Positions 26,925 through 39,800 of a DNA stretch of 64,000 nucleotides are shown here, in pieces. Origin of the DNA: Eledone cirrhosa (Eukaryota); NCBI GenBank assembly GCA_964016885.1, contig OZ024740.1, positions 356,376,001 through 356,440,000 on the forward strand. Direction: 5' to 3'. The notes below the pieces were generated by a model, which did no database searches, was not told the origin of the DNA, and was given only the letters and a program-made list of their open reading frames with translations. Made by a program: the position numbers and the translations under genes. Numbering within the stretch: position 1 is the stretch's first letter; each line of letters opens with the position of its first letter.

Positions 26925-27940
26925 TGCATTATGGTAGGTTCTCCAGAAACTTGGTTGCCCTGATAAGTTCCTTTCTTTAGTTCGGTCTTTCCATGACGAC
27001 ATGAAGGCTTGGGTTAATGTTGGATGTAACATGTCAGTGCCTATCTCAGTAAAAAATGGAGTGAAACATGGGGCGTTTCCAGCACCAACCCTGTTTGCCA
27101 TATACTTTCCATTCAGAAATTGCGAGCATGGTGTTTACATCCGATATTGAACCTCAGGCAACATATTTAACATCAGGCACTTTGCTGCAAAAACAAAAGT
27201 ATTTACATCAATCATAAGAGACCTCTTGTATGCAGATGATTGCGATCTTGTAGCGCACATAGTGATATGCAGCACAATTTGAATGCATTTTCTGATGCTT
27301 GCACTTCTTTAGGATTGACTGTCAGTCTCAAGAAAACCGTCGTCATGTACCAACCTGTCCCTGGTAAGCATTACAGTGAACCAAATATCTATGTTTATGG
27401 TAAACGACTTGGAGTGGTTGATCAGTTTGTCTACCTGGGAAGCACTGTCAATCGATACAGCAACCTTGACAGTGAAATCTCACTTAGGATTAGGAAAGCA
27501 AGTGATGCTTTCGGAAAGCTAGAAAGGCGATTCTGGGGTCGGCGAGACATATGCAAGAAGACAAAGGTAAAGATGTACAAGGCATGTGTGCTCTCTTCTC
27601 TTCTTTATGCATGCGAGACCTGGGTCACATATCGACACCACCTTAAACAATTGGAGCGTTTCCATCAGATGTGTCTCAGACGGATCCATGGCGTTCACTG
27701 GAGGGACAACATCAGTGTTGTCGAGATTTTGGAAAGCCACATTCGATCGCAGCGCAGTTAATTGCTATCGTGTGTGTGTATAGATATGTTTGTGTGTGTG
27801 CGTGTGCGTGTATATATATATGTGTATTATTATTGTTGTCGTCGTTATTATTATTGTTGTTATTATTATAATTATTGTTATTATTATGTTCTTTTTTCTC
27901 GTGCAATGGGCATACTCGATAAAGAGGGCCAGCCATCATG
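26925..27940 (+). mobile_element. RTE-BovB-like LINE fragment with its 3' tail
   Basis: LQKLGCPDKF..VRSFHD, LLYADD, GLTVSLKKT, FVYLGS, LLYACETW, LERFHQMCLRRI; tail ggcatactcgataaagagggccagccatcatg then (TATG)n. Confidence 0.9.
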
Positions 27941-28145
27941 TATGTATGTATGTATGTATGTATGTATGTATGTATGTATGTATGTATGTATGTATGTATG
28001 TATGTATGTATGTATGTATGTACGTATGTCTATGTATGTATTAATGTATATTTGAGCTGAGGGTCCGCATAAGGTGAAACATTTGTTCTCGGAATGGTGA
28101 ACTAACTGTTGTGAAACAACTTCTCTCTCTATATATATATATAAA

Positions 28146-28882
28146 TATATATATATATAAAAAAACTTTCTCCGATATTGGATTTATTTATTTACTCTTG
28201 GTCCAGCAGATTTGAATTTCCCGGTATAAGGTTAGGCTTTCTTTGTTTATTTTTTTATATATGAATATTGATTGTTCCTTATATCTCATTCTGTTATTTT
28301 GCCCGAGAAAATATCTGTGTGTCATCAAATGTTGTTCACACATAGATATTTTTTCAATTTCCAATTGAGTTCTAGCACGTGGCCTGAATTCCTTTTAGAA
28401 TTCATTGTCATGCGCATGTATTGTTCTTTTTGGCGGTAATTCACTTGCTCATATTTTAATCAGTTTGAGCATTTCTTTAGAACTGCTGGACTGGCAACCT
28501 GACAGATACCTCAGGCACTGATGATGATTATCGCTAAATACTGATGTTGGTTAGATTATCAATATTAGTATTATTGGGGCACCCACTGATGAATTATAGG
28601 AGCCCACTTGAATATATATCTATTGATGGTATACAAGCTCCTACATAAATTGGTATAATTTAACCCAAATTGTAGGAATCCTATAATGAAACGAGACGTC
28701 CGTCTGGGAAGAGATATATTCGATATGTCTCATATGAAATAATACAGCCAATTTTCCATGCAATACTTTTAGTTAGCACCCCGAACGCATAATTAGGAAT
28801 ATAATCACTTATTTCCTAATGTTTGTTGAGTGAGTTGGAATTTGGCCGGAGTATCGCTAAAAAGCTTTCTCCGATATTGTAT
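28146..28882 (+). mobile_element. About 740-bp HHR-bearing (TA)n-embedded element with short terminal direct repeats
   Basis: tttctccgatattg at both ends; homologous to 59900-60840. Confidence 0.8.
28581..28708 (+). ncRNA. Type I hammerhead ribozyme motif
   Basis: ccca-CTGATGA-attatagga...tcctataat-GAAA-cgagacg-TC-(cgtc duplication)-tggg. Confidence 0.75.
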
Positions 28883-28984
28883 TTATATATATATATATAT
28901 ATATAACTTTTTCACTCGGAACAATTTGTCAGCATTTTCTTTTCCTTTTACCAATATATCATAACTCGTGTGTTACATCTCTAT

Positions 28985-29011
<27 letters not shown>

Positions 29012-29019
<8 letters not shown>

Positions 29020-29566
29020 AAAAAATGGGGAGAAGAATACTACTGGTTTCACATGGATAACATGTAATAAAATAAGTCCCTCATCAGTGATTTGCCGACG
29101 ATCATAGATATTTCATTGCATTAAAAATCATATACCTCACGTCGGTGCAATAATAACTAAATTAAGTTATTAGGACAATTAAAACGCGTAAAGCGAGTGA
29201 AACAAGATAACAACAAAGAGGATAGCTAACCGTAGAAGATTCATAGTTATTCTGTTAGCATAAGCTAGGTGAATATATGAGCGCTTAGAAAAAAGAACTT
29301 TCAGGAGCGAATTCAAATGTGAGAAAGAGAGAAAATGATTTCGTCGCGAACGGGGTGAAGTGAGAAGAGGAGAAACAGTGAGTGAGTGAGTGGAAGTGTG
29401 AGGAAGAGTTAACTGACATGACAGAGGGGGCGAAAGAAAGTAGGAGAAACAGAGAGAGCGAGGGGGCAGTAAGAGAGAGAGAGAGAGAAAAAAGAATCGC
29501 AGTTTAGGTAAATATATGTGAAAAAATGGGGAGAAGAATACTGCTGGTTGCACATGGATAACATGT

Positions 29567-29572
<6 letters not shown>
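29012..29572 (-). mobile_element. Second copy of the 550-bp direct-repeat element
   Basis: Reverse-complement homology to 19099-19652; gaaaaaatggggagaagaatact repeated at both ends. Confidence 0.8.
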
Positions 29573-29629
<57 letters not shown>

Positions 29630-29634
<5 letters not shown>

Positions 29635-29886
29635 ATAGAGCTGTAAAACACGAGTTATGATATATTGGTAAAACGAAAAGAAAATGCTGACAAATTGTTC
29701 CCAGTGAAAAATAGTTTAATTAGGAATAAGTAAAAATTAGTAATAGTATTGGTTAGTATTCAGTTTTGATTTTAAGTTTTACCGGTTGCGCATTTCTAAT
29801 GCTTTTCAAAAATAATTTTGAGATAGAGCGCCCGTGATGTTTGCTCTAATCTGCAGATTAGAGCAAACATCACGGGCGCTCTATCT
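29630..29886 (-). mobile_element. Penelope-like 3'-end fragment ending in a perfect mini fold-back
   Basis: Family sequence followed by agatagagcgcccgtgatgtttgctctaatctg|cagattagagcaaacatcacgggcgctctatct. Confidence 0.8.
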
Positions 29887-29960
29887 TCTCTGTCTCTGGT
29901 TTCTCGGACCCATGGTTTTTCGGACCCATGGCTTTTTACATATTCCTTTGGTATATTCCA

Positions 29961-30018
29961 ATACCCGATGATATCACTGGATTCATATGGCACCCAGTCA
30001 TTGAAATGATCATAGTAT
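29961..30018 (+). ncRNA. Type I hammerhead ribozyme motif (U4>C)
   Basis: atac-CCGATGA-tatcactgg...ccagtcatt-GAAA-tgatca-TA-gtat, followed by aataaa. Confidence 0.72.
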
Positions 30019-30064
30019 AATAAACCTTTCAAGGATTTACACCAGTCCAGCCTCCTGTTATTTC

Positions 30065-30122
<58 letters not shown>

Positions 30123-31005
30123 GTTAAGGGTGAAAGCACCGATTCTTTACTTAAACTTTAATCTGTTATTTTAATAAATATATATATATATAATACTTTA
30201 CTTCATATATATGCATATATAATACATGTACAGATATATGTAAATGTGTATATATAATATTTAATAAGCATCAATGCATACATATATTTATTTATTGTTT
30301 AACTGATTATTGTTTAACTGATTTCAGTTATTTGCTGCGGCGGCGAGGATATCGTTTCCACCTAAATGCTTATTGCATCGACCTCTTCTTATCCAACCAC
30401 TAAATTACTGACATAAGTAAACAGTAAATTTAAATACACACACTATCAAGTGCATATACATATGTGCATACATAAATATATATGTTGTTTTTGTCAAGTC
30501 TTCAAGCTCATTTCTGTATTGTACATTTAGTTCGTACTTTGTCTAAATTTCACTTGCTTTATTACATTTGATTTCTCATATATTCCAACACATCACAGTC
30601 CTCTCTAATCTCTATTACGTTTGACTTATTGTGTATATATATACATATGTGTGTGTGCGTGTGTATGTGTGTGTGTGAGTGTGTACTTGTGTGTATGTGT
30701 GTGCTTGTGTGTATGTGCGTGCTTGTGTGTGTGTATGTGTGGTGGGAATGATGGCCTTTTGCACAGTTTCCGTTGAATAAATTTCATTTAAAAGGCTTTG
30801 GTCGCTATTTGGTGGCTATAAACTCATGGCTATTGTGAAGGATTTTAATTGCGTCGTAGAGTGGACTAATGTTGACTTAAAGCTGAGTTTCCATAGGTAA
30901 GTCACAAGTTTATGCAGGCCTCATGATGTAATTGGCTACCTGATGTACGAAGGGCGTAGATTCTTGAGAAGATAGGAGGGTAGCTGCAACAGATATCCAG
31001 TGCTT

Positions 31006-31036
<31 letters not shown>

Positions 31037-31667
31037 AAGAAGAAGAAGAAGAAATGTATATAATAGAGTAATTTTAAACTTTATGATTTTCTCTTTAGAT
31101 AGAGATACGTGTAGCTCTGTAGTTAGGTAAACATATGTTGACTGCGTCATAAATGTCTATACTATCCCAATAATTGATTATTTTATAATAAAAACGTTGA
31201 AGTTCGTGATGATATGATTCTTTATATCAATGAATAAATAGTTTCATAATTTACCTCGTAAATCTATTCCTTTGCTGCAACATATAAATCTAATAAAGCT
31301 ATAATCCTAGATTTTTGATGTGCCTCCCAAATAATAGCAAGAAAATTCTCTTCTCGACTCTGTCTTGAAATTTATTGCTAATACCAGTATATTTTATTGT
31401 TTGGCTTTGGATGTTGCACTAGTTAAACATCCTTCATTTATATATTTTCCATTGTAGTACGCTAGTTATTTGCTTACGCTAGCTTCCGGCAGTTTAGTTG
31501 TTTATATGACACGAATACGAGACGAGTTTTGAATTCACTGATTACTTAATGAAAAGTGTATAGTAAGTGAAAAGAAAAACTGCTTTTAAGAATGGGTATA
31601 GGCAAACTTGCACCCTGTTTTCGGCTACATCCATTGCAGTAATTGAATCGGACGAACATAATACAAA

Positions 31668-32068
31668 TAATTGTTTCTACCTTTTTGGCACAAGGCCAGC
31701 AATAGCCCAGTGTATTACTGGTACTTTATTTTATCGACCCCATAAGGATGAAAGGCAAAGTTAACCTCGGCGGGATTTGAACTCAGAATGGCAAGGGCCG
31801 CAACTCTATGCGTCAAAGCATGGCGCCCGACTCTGTACCGATACTGCCAATCCACCGCCATTGATACATGATACAAATAATTGTTTCTACTTTTGGCACA
31901 AGGCCAGCAATTATCCAGTGCATTACTGGTACTTTATTTTATCGACCCCGTAAGGATGAAAGGCAAAGTTAACCTCGGCGGGATTTGAACTCAAACCATA
32001 AAGGGGCGTAACTCTTTGCTGCAAAGCATAGCGTCAGACCCTCTACCGATACTGCCAATCCACCGTCC
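31668..32068 (-). mobile_element. Two tandem main-family SINEs sharing the same target-site duplication
   Basis: Copies at 31668-31860 and 31878-32068; acat(a/g)atacaaataat occurs before, between and after them. Confidence 0.9.
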
Positions 32069-32274
32069 TTACATGATACAAATAATGCTGTAGGATACAT
32101 GATACAAATAATGCTGTAGGATAAGTTATTTATTTAATCGTTTATTCAGCCACTTGCTCGCACAATTCACGGGCAATCTAACCTGTTGATCGAACAAGTA
32201 TAATGCAAGGACTAGATGAAAGCTCAACACAATACATATGTATATACATGCATGGGAATATAATTATCTATCTA

Positions 32275-32340
<66 letters not shown>

Positions 32341-32470
32341 ATTCAGGAGGGAATGTTTTGGCAAAAACAGGAGTAAGCAGGAGAAAGTTCTCAACAACCG
32401 TAGTTTTTAGTTACGATGGAGATTTTTATAAAATAACAAAATAAGATGGTGAGGTTAAATAGATCGTTTA

Positions 32471-32559
32471 ATCATTATAAATATTTACACGGTTCTCCAT
32501 GCAATCGAGAAGTCCTTCATGCATTTGTTATTGTTATGAGAACGGTATCCTCAGATGAT
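32471..32559 (-). ncRNA. Type I hammerhead motif (G12 mutated)
   Basis: Reverse complement: atcat-CTGAGGA-taccgttctc...gagaaccgtg-TAAA-tattta-TA-atgat. Confidence 0.6.
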
Positions 32560-32669
32560 ACCCGATATGTTTGATATGCCGCCGGCAGGAAAAAAACACA
32601 CGTCCTACTGCTTGTGTGCCCAGCAGACATATGTATTATACATATATATCATAGCTTTGCATATATACG

Positions 32670-32703
<34 letters not shown>

Positions 32704-32717
32704 GTATAAAAATTTCA

Positions 32718-33405
<688 letters not shown>

Positions 33406-33567
33406 TAGCTCTGATATAGAGACAATTTAATTCATTCCGATTATTTTGTCCCTCTTAATCATAAAGCAACAACGGTTAAGGTTGGCAACACACAATCTCA
33501 CATACTTGTGAAAGATATATGTGTGTATATGTATGTATTCACATGCAACTGTGTATTTCTCATTATA

Positions 33568-33650
<83 letters not shown>

Positions 33651-34160
33651 ATTATTTGGTCATATTGTTCTAATATTGCCAGAATTAATAATAAAATACA
33701 CTCACTGTTTAGTTTGGATTGGTTTTCACTTCTGTATCTTTTATATCTCGATATTTAATTTATCTGGCAATAAACGGTTATCATTGATTAACCAACTGAT
33801 AAAAATAGAGATATAAATATCTCTATATATATATAGTCTATCAAAGTTCTTTCGTCACACACTTGTGTCATTATCAGTGGTACTATTATGTTTCCTCCTG
33901 TTGTATTGTAATACCTACGCCATTTTTATTTTATTTATTCATTTATTCTTGTCCCTATCTCTTCTCTGTTCGTGCATGAGTTTGCGTGTATATTTGCTGC
34001 TTGGTGTTCGTGTTTGAGTCTATGCGTGTTTGTATTCTATATTTGTTGACTAGATGGTGTTTATGTGTGTTTGTTGTTATTGTACTTGTGTATATTTATT
34101 TATTTATATTTACCTTAGGTCAGTATTGTGTGTTTAGGGTATGGTTGTTGTTGTCATTCC

Positions 34161-34293
<133 letters not shown>

Positions 34294-34410
34294 ATATGTG
34301 TTAGTGTGTGTGTGTGTATTCTGTATATACTTGTGTATTGTTCACACCACCATTTTATATACATTTACGATCGATCATATATTTTGAATTGAGTTTCTTC
34401 TTCGAAAAAC

Positions 34411-34448
<38 letters not shown>

Positions 34449-34449
34449 A

Positions 34450-34890
34450 AAGAATAGAGGTGTAACACACGAGTTATGATATATTGGTAAAAGGAAAAGA
34501 AAATGCTGACAAATTGTTCCCAGTGAAAAATAGTTTAATTAGAAATAATTAAAAATTAGTAATAGTATTGGTTAGTATTCAGTTTTGGTTTTAAGCATTT
34601 ACCGGTTGCGCATTTCTAATGCTTTTCAAAAACAATTTTGATATAGAGCGCCCGTGATGTTTGCTCTAATCTGATTAGTTTTGGAAATTCTACCTTTTTT
34701 ATGTGAAAAAAGTGGCTCCAGATGTATTAAAATAAGTTTCGCGCCAATTCGTGTTTCAAAAATTCTTGTGGTCAAAACAATTTTGATTGGTCGGTAGAGG
34801 TCATGTGAATGTTAAAAATTGATTTTGCGCCAAATGTAGGTTTGTCTCGGCTGATTGAGAAGTCACTGAAAAATAAGTCTTTCAAGACAA
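34450..34890 (-). mobile_element. Penelope-like family 3' region
   Basis: Reverse complement of 55470-55870. Confidence 0.8.
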
Positions 34891-34936
34891 ATATGTGTAG
34901 TAGTAGTAAAGACGTTCATTGTTGTGATAATGGTCA

Positions 34937-35024
34937 GTGTTACAATTGTTTCGCCGGCGGACAGCTCGAGACGCGATCATTGTGTGGATCTGTCTTATTC
35001 TGGACCCGCAGGTTCGACGGACAT
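34937..35024 (-). ncRNA. Hammerhead-like motif with CCGTCGA core
   Basis: Reverse complement: tgt-CCGTCGA-acctgcgg...ctcgagctgtccgccggc-GAAA-caattg-TA-aca. Confidence 0.55.
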
Positions 35025-35117
35025 GTCTAATGATTTAGGAGCATATTCTCTCACGTATGTATGTGTATATATGTATATATAAATATATATATACATACTT
35101 ATATATATATATATATA

Positions 35118-35160
<43 letters not shown>

Positions 35161-35182
35161 TGTAAGTATGTATATATATATA

Positions 35183-35216
<34 letters not shown>

Positions 35217-35221
35217 GTAAG

Positions 35222-35262
<41 letters not shown>

Positions 35263-35399
35263 TAGGTTTGTTGGTTCACCACTGGATAGAACTGGTCATT
35301 CCGTATGGTCAGCCTCGATGTAATATTATGGAGAGCACTCAAAGTAATGCAACTCACCTGTCTTTGCTTGTGTAGTTGGTGGTGCGAGTACAGAGTGGT

Positions 35400-35590
35400 A
35401 TGGCGGTGGATTGGCAGTATCGGTAGAGGGAAGGACGCCATGCTCTCCAGCATAGTTACGTCCCTTTACGATCTGAATTCAAATCCCGCCGAGGTTGACT
35501 TTGCCTTTCATCCTTACGGGGTCGATAAAATAAAGTACCAGTAATGCACTGGGTAATTGCTGGCCTTGTGCCTAACGTAGAAACAATTAT

Positions 35591-35592
<2 letters not shown>
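35400..35592 (+). mobile_element. tRNA-derived SINE, main family, full-length
   Basis: Consensus match. Confidence 0.9.
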
Positions 35593-35624
<32 letters not shown>

Positions 35625-35732
35625 GTGTGTGTGATTGTGTGTATGTGTCTCTATATATTTATATGCATATACTTGTGTGTGTCTGTATCTGTGTATGTAT
35701 GTGTGTGTGTGTGTGTGTGTGTGCGTGTGTGC

Positions 35733-35827
<95 letters not shown>

Positions 35828-37644
35828 CACGCGTGTGTATTTTATGCTTAGATTGTTACCTGTCAAATGGATTAATTAGCTGAATTCATAAGAGGTTAAA
35901 CAAAATGTGAAAGTGGCTCACTATGTATTGTGGAATCGTTTAAACCGTTAATTACATAATTCACTTTCGTCTGATATCAATTTCAAGTGTGCCAACATTG
36001 AGGTCATTGAACAGATGGTTTCCAGCTTACTTAATTGTTTCCTTTGATTCCTATTTGACTTTTCATTAAGTCTCAAATCTAAATAGACTCTTTACTGCGT
36101 TAGTGTTTTCTCATCATGCTATTTAAAAGTTTTAATTAATTAACTGGCTTGATAGTCAGTTGAGTATAGTCTGACAATTTTATTACTCGGTAACTGCAAT
36201 GTAATCCCCACTTCGTGATTGTATATAACATATGTATGTGATGTACGATAGGTTACTTTACAGCCGAGCGAATATCAGATCGGACAATCATCTAAATGGT
36301 CAGTCGTTAATATATTATTATCTGTATTGCTATCCAATCAAGCTGAAAGGGAACTATTCTGTGTAGCTGAAAACAGGTAATAATAAAAGTACAGTTAATA
36401 TTTCATCATTTGAAGCAGTCACCAGGACACGATTTCGATATCTCATTGAACTTAATTTTTTTTCGTTACTATATTAAATTCTTTTTACTATTTAGTAAGG
36501 AATGTAAAAACATTACCCGTGTCCCATTTCAGGATTTCTGGGACTGTTATGAGAGAAGGAAAGCTATATATTCAATGCAGCCCGGATGCAACGGAGTGAA
36601 TTTCGTGAAGTGATTTCAAGAGCCAGGCTGTGGTGTTAAACCGCAGTCTACCATCCAAAGTCTACCATCCATATTGGACATAGTGGGATTTGAAACACAA
36701 ATAGCAAATACCATAATGATTCTCATTCGATGCTCTCACAATTCCATCAATCCACTATGCTGTAATATTATTGTATTTTCCCAATCTTGAAAAGATGAAA
36801 AGTGAAGCTGAATTCAGTGTTATTTGAACACGTAAATGCGCAACTAACCCACCTTTCAATCCTATTCCTTAAAGTAAATAGACTTTTAGTATAGTAGATC
36901 AGGAACGAATAATTAGATATCATATAAAACACGAAACACGAATTTATTGTTTCACATATTGTGTTATGCCGTATATATTTAAGATAAATTAGAGCGTAAT
37001 TGATAATCAATATTTTATACCATATAATACAGGCAGCGCAGCGAATCGCAGAATCAGAGTGCTTGACGAAACGAGTTGCTCTACATACGACCATTTGCAA
37101 TATGAGTTGAAATCACGCTATTGTTGATTTGGACGTCTGTTCTTTCTGGTCGATGATATGAGTAACTTTTATGTAATAAATATGATACAATCGACAATTC
37201 CCTTCTAAAATGAATTTGTGTTTATTTGGAAAATCTATATTATTACGTAAATGACAGTGGATAGAAGAAGCATGGGGCGTTGGACAAAATGTAGGTTCTG
37301 TATTGTGATTCTGTTTTAGTTGACTTTGTTGCTAATTGTTAATTTGATTGATAACATCCAGATTTGTTCCGATGAGCTCATGTTAGAAATCAATACTATA
37401 ACTGTATACATGGTGAGTCTTGTATAGTATAAAGCACAATCCTTTCCGACGAAAACAATGTTTTCTATTCGTTGCTACGACCCATGTAAAGAACATTAAT
37501 ATCACAAGATCCTGTTTACCTTTCCACTTAATATACAGGAAGTTATGGGCTAGATCGCTATACATGAGATCGTTGATTATTACTAGCATTGCATTTTGGC
37601 AGTATCAATGACCCTTAGCTTTCAACGGTTGAGTTCATCTAAAC

Positions 37645-37926
37645 TAGAGGTTCTCAAAGTAAGCGCTACCGCCCCCACCCTAAGGGGTGGGAGAGATGAT
37701 ATAACAGTATATTAAATATCAAATGATACACATATATAAATATAGTAAAATAAAAAATATATAATATTTATTTATGCATAGTATATATTATATTATTTAT
37801 TATACATACATTTACGATTTCATTTAATATATATTATTTACAAGTTACGTGGAAATAGCATTGGGGGTGCTGAAGATATTACGAGGTCGTGAGGGGGCTG
37901 TGGCCCAAAAGGCTTGAGAACCTCTG
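37645..37926. mobile_element. hAT (Charlie-like) MITE
   Basis: TIRs tagaggttctcaa / ttgagaacctctg; 8-bp TSD atctaaac/atataaac. Confidence 0.8.
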
Positions 37927-39524
37927 ATATAAACTAAGTCGGTAATGACAATGGAGCACTTCCCTGCTGTGAATAAAAGTATAGTTGTAGAATAAGCGAA
38001 TGATTTATTACCATCCAATATTCATTACACTTAATTTCGTTTTATAAGAAAGCTTGACGTGGCTTTCTGCCCAGTAAGGCATATTTTTTAGAGGCTGTTG
38101 TGTAAAATATATAATAACTCACATTAATGCCAATAAAAATACAACTTCCAAAATTAAAAGCACTTTTTAAAACTGCAGTGGTAGTCTAATGTTTTAGACC
38201 CTTATAAAATGGTGGTCTCAAATATGATTGAACTATTTTTAAGATCATTAATTAAAAATATGATATTACTCACTATGGTAGCAATAGCCATATTCTATTA
38301 ACTGCAAGCACCCATTATCTGTTGATTACACCATAGAACAATGTGACATGTGGCAGTTGCGACAGAATCATCAGCTATAAATTGTAGCTTGTTTTTTAAG
38401 GGATTTATGTTGGAATACCGAGAAGAAACAGTACATGATCTGCTGATTGACATTTTCTGTCGACATTTAGTATTACTTCTTCAAATACAAAGTATTTAAA
38501 ATATATATGCTGTCACATACCAGAAAGTTAATATATCCAGCCATTCATTATTTTATAATAGTAAAATAAATAAAAGTGTTCTGACTATAATTTATTACGT
38601 ATATTTTATTAAACTGCTTTATATGTATGTGCAGGAAACCAACAAATCAGATATTCACAGAACTTTATATATGTACATTACGAGATTGACTCACGCGATA
38701 GAAGCGTTTTGAATATGCACGGATATCTAACATTTCCATTGAGCACCCCTATGGTTTGTATAACAGTGTTAGGAATTATTATTGTTTTCTGGCCCAATAA
38801 TCTACAGTTATATATATGCTTCAATTGAGAGATGGAACTGGTGGGAAAATGTGTTTGTTGTTAGTTAATAAAATTTACTTGTTGAATATACAAAGCAGCC
38901 AAGGGCCTGGGGTCCATGAGAAAATTCCTTTAAATAATCAGGGCTCTTGGTAGTGCAATGGCTGATAAAGATATTACAGATCATTTATATATAGACAAAA
39001 AGACAAGTTATTATTAACACTGCCATGTTACCAACGAAGGGATCTTAAAATTCGATTGTAACACATATCTAAGAATAACGAATTCTACTTCTCTGTCTGC
39101 ATTCATTCAATTGCAATAAAGCTTAGAGTACTAACAGATGTTTGAACACTGGTAAGATTATGGCGAAAATAATGTGTCAATCATTTCGATCAACCAGAGG
39201 AAACTAACATTAGATTTATTACCATTATATTCTTATATATAAATAAGATGCAATTGTCCTTTAACAAAATTATTTCCATATGATTAGAATTAATTAAAAG
39301 GTAGTGATATCCATATATCCTATAATAAGAAATGTAACTAAATAAGGTGCTATGCTAAATGTAACTAAATAAGGTGCTCACTCTAAATTTGCATCAACCA
39401 ATAGTTGTAAATGTCTCTGTGTGTTCTGGAATTTGAACATGAATCAATGATGTAATATTTCTATTCGAAAAGGAAAATAGTTATTCAAACAATTGACTGT
39501 TTCAATAGATATTTTATAAGAATA

Positions 39525-39800
39525 ACTGAGGGATGACAGCCCCGATAGTACGGACATGTGGTTAGAATGTCTCAGAAAAAACTCGCTGGATAGATGTTAT
39601 GGGCCAAACCAACCAATAGGAGACCCAGGGGTAGACCCCGAGCAAGATGGTTGGATAACATTCATAAGCTCGGCTGGTCTCTCTTGGGGATCCAGCCGGA
39701 TCAATTGGAAACTGTTGCTTCTGACAGGATCTGCTGGAAGGTGAGCTTGAGTACTCAGTCCCACGATCCTCTCAGGAATAAGTGGTCGAAGAAGAAGTGA
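39525..39800 (+). mobile_element. RTE LINE 3'-terminal fragment
   Basis: YGHVVRM...RRPRGRPRARWLDNI...DRICWK. Confidence 0.8.

Noticed and set aside
31655-32125. Regularly spaced short direct repeats suggesting a CRISPR-like array
   Set aside because: The spacers are SINE copies, the repeats are TSDs, and the context is eukaryotic with no cas genes
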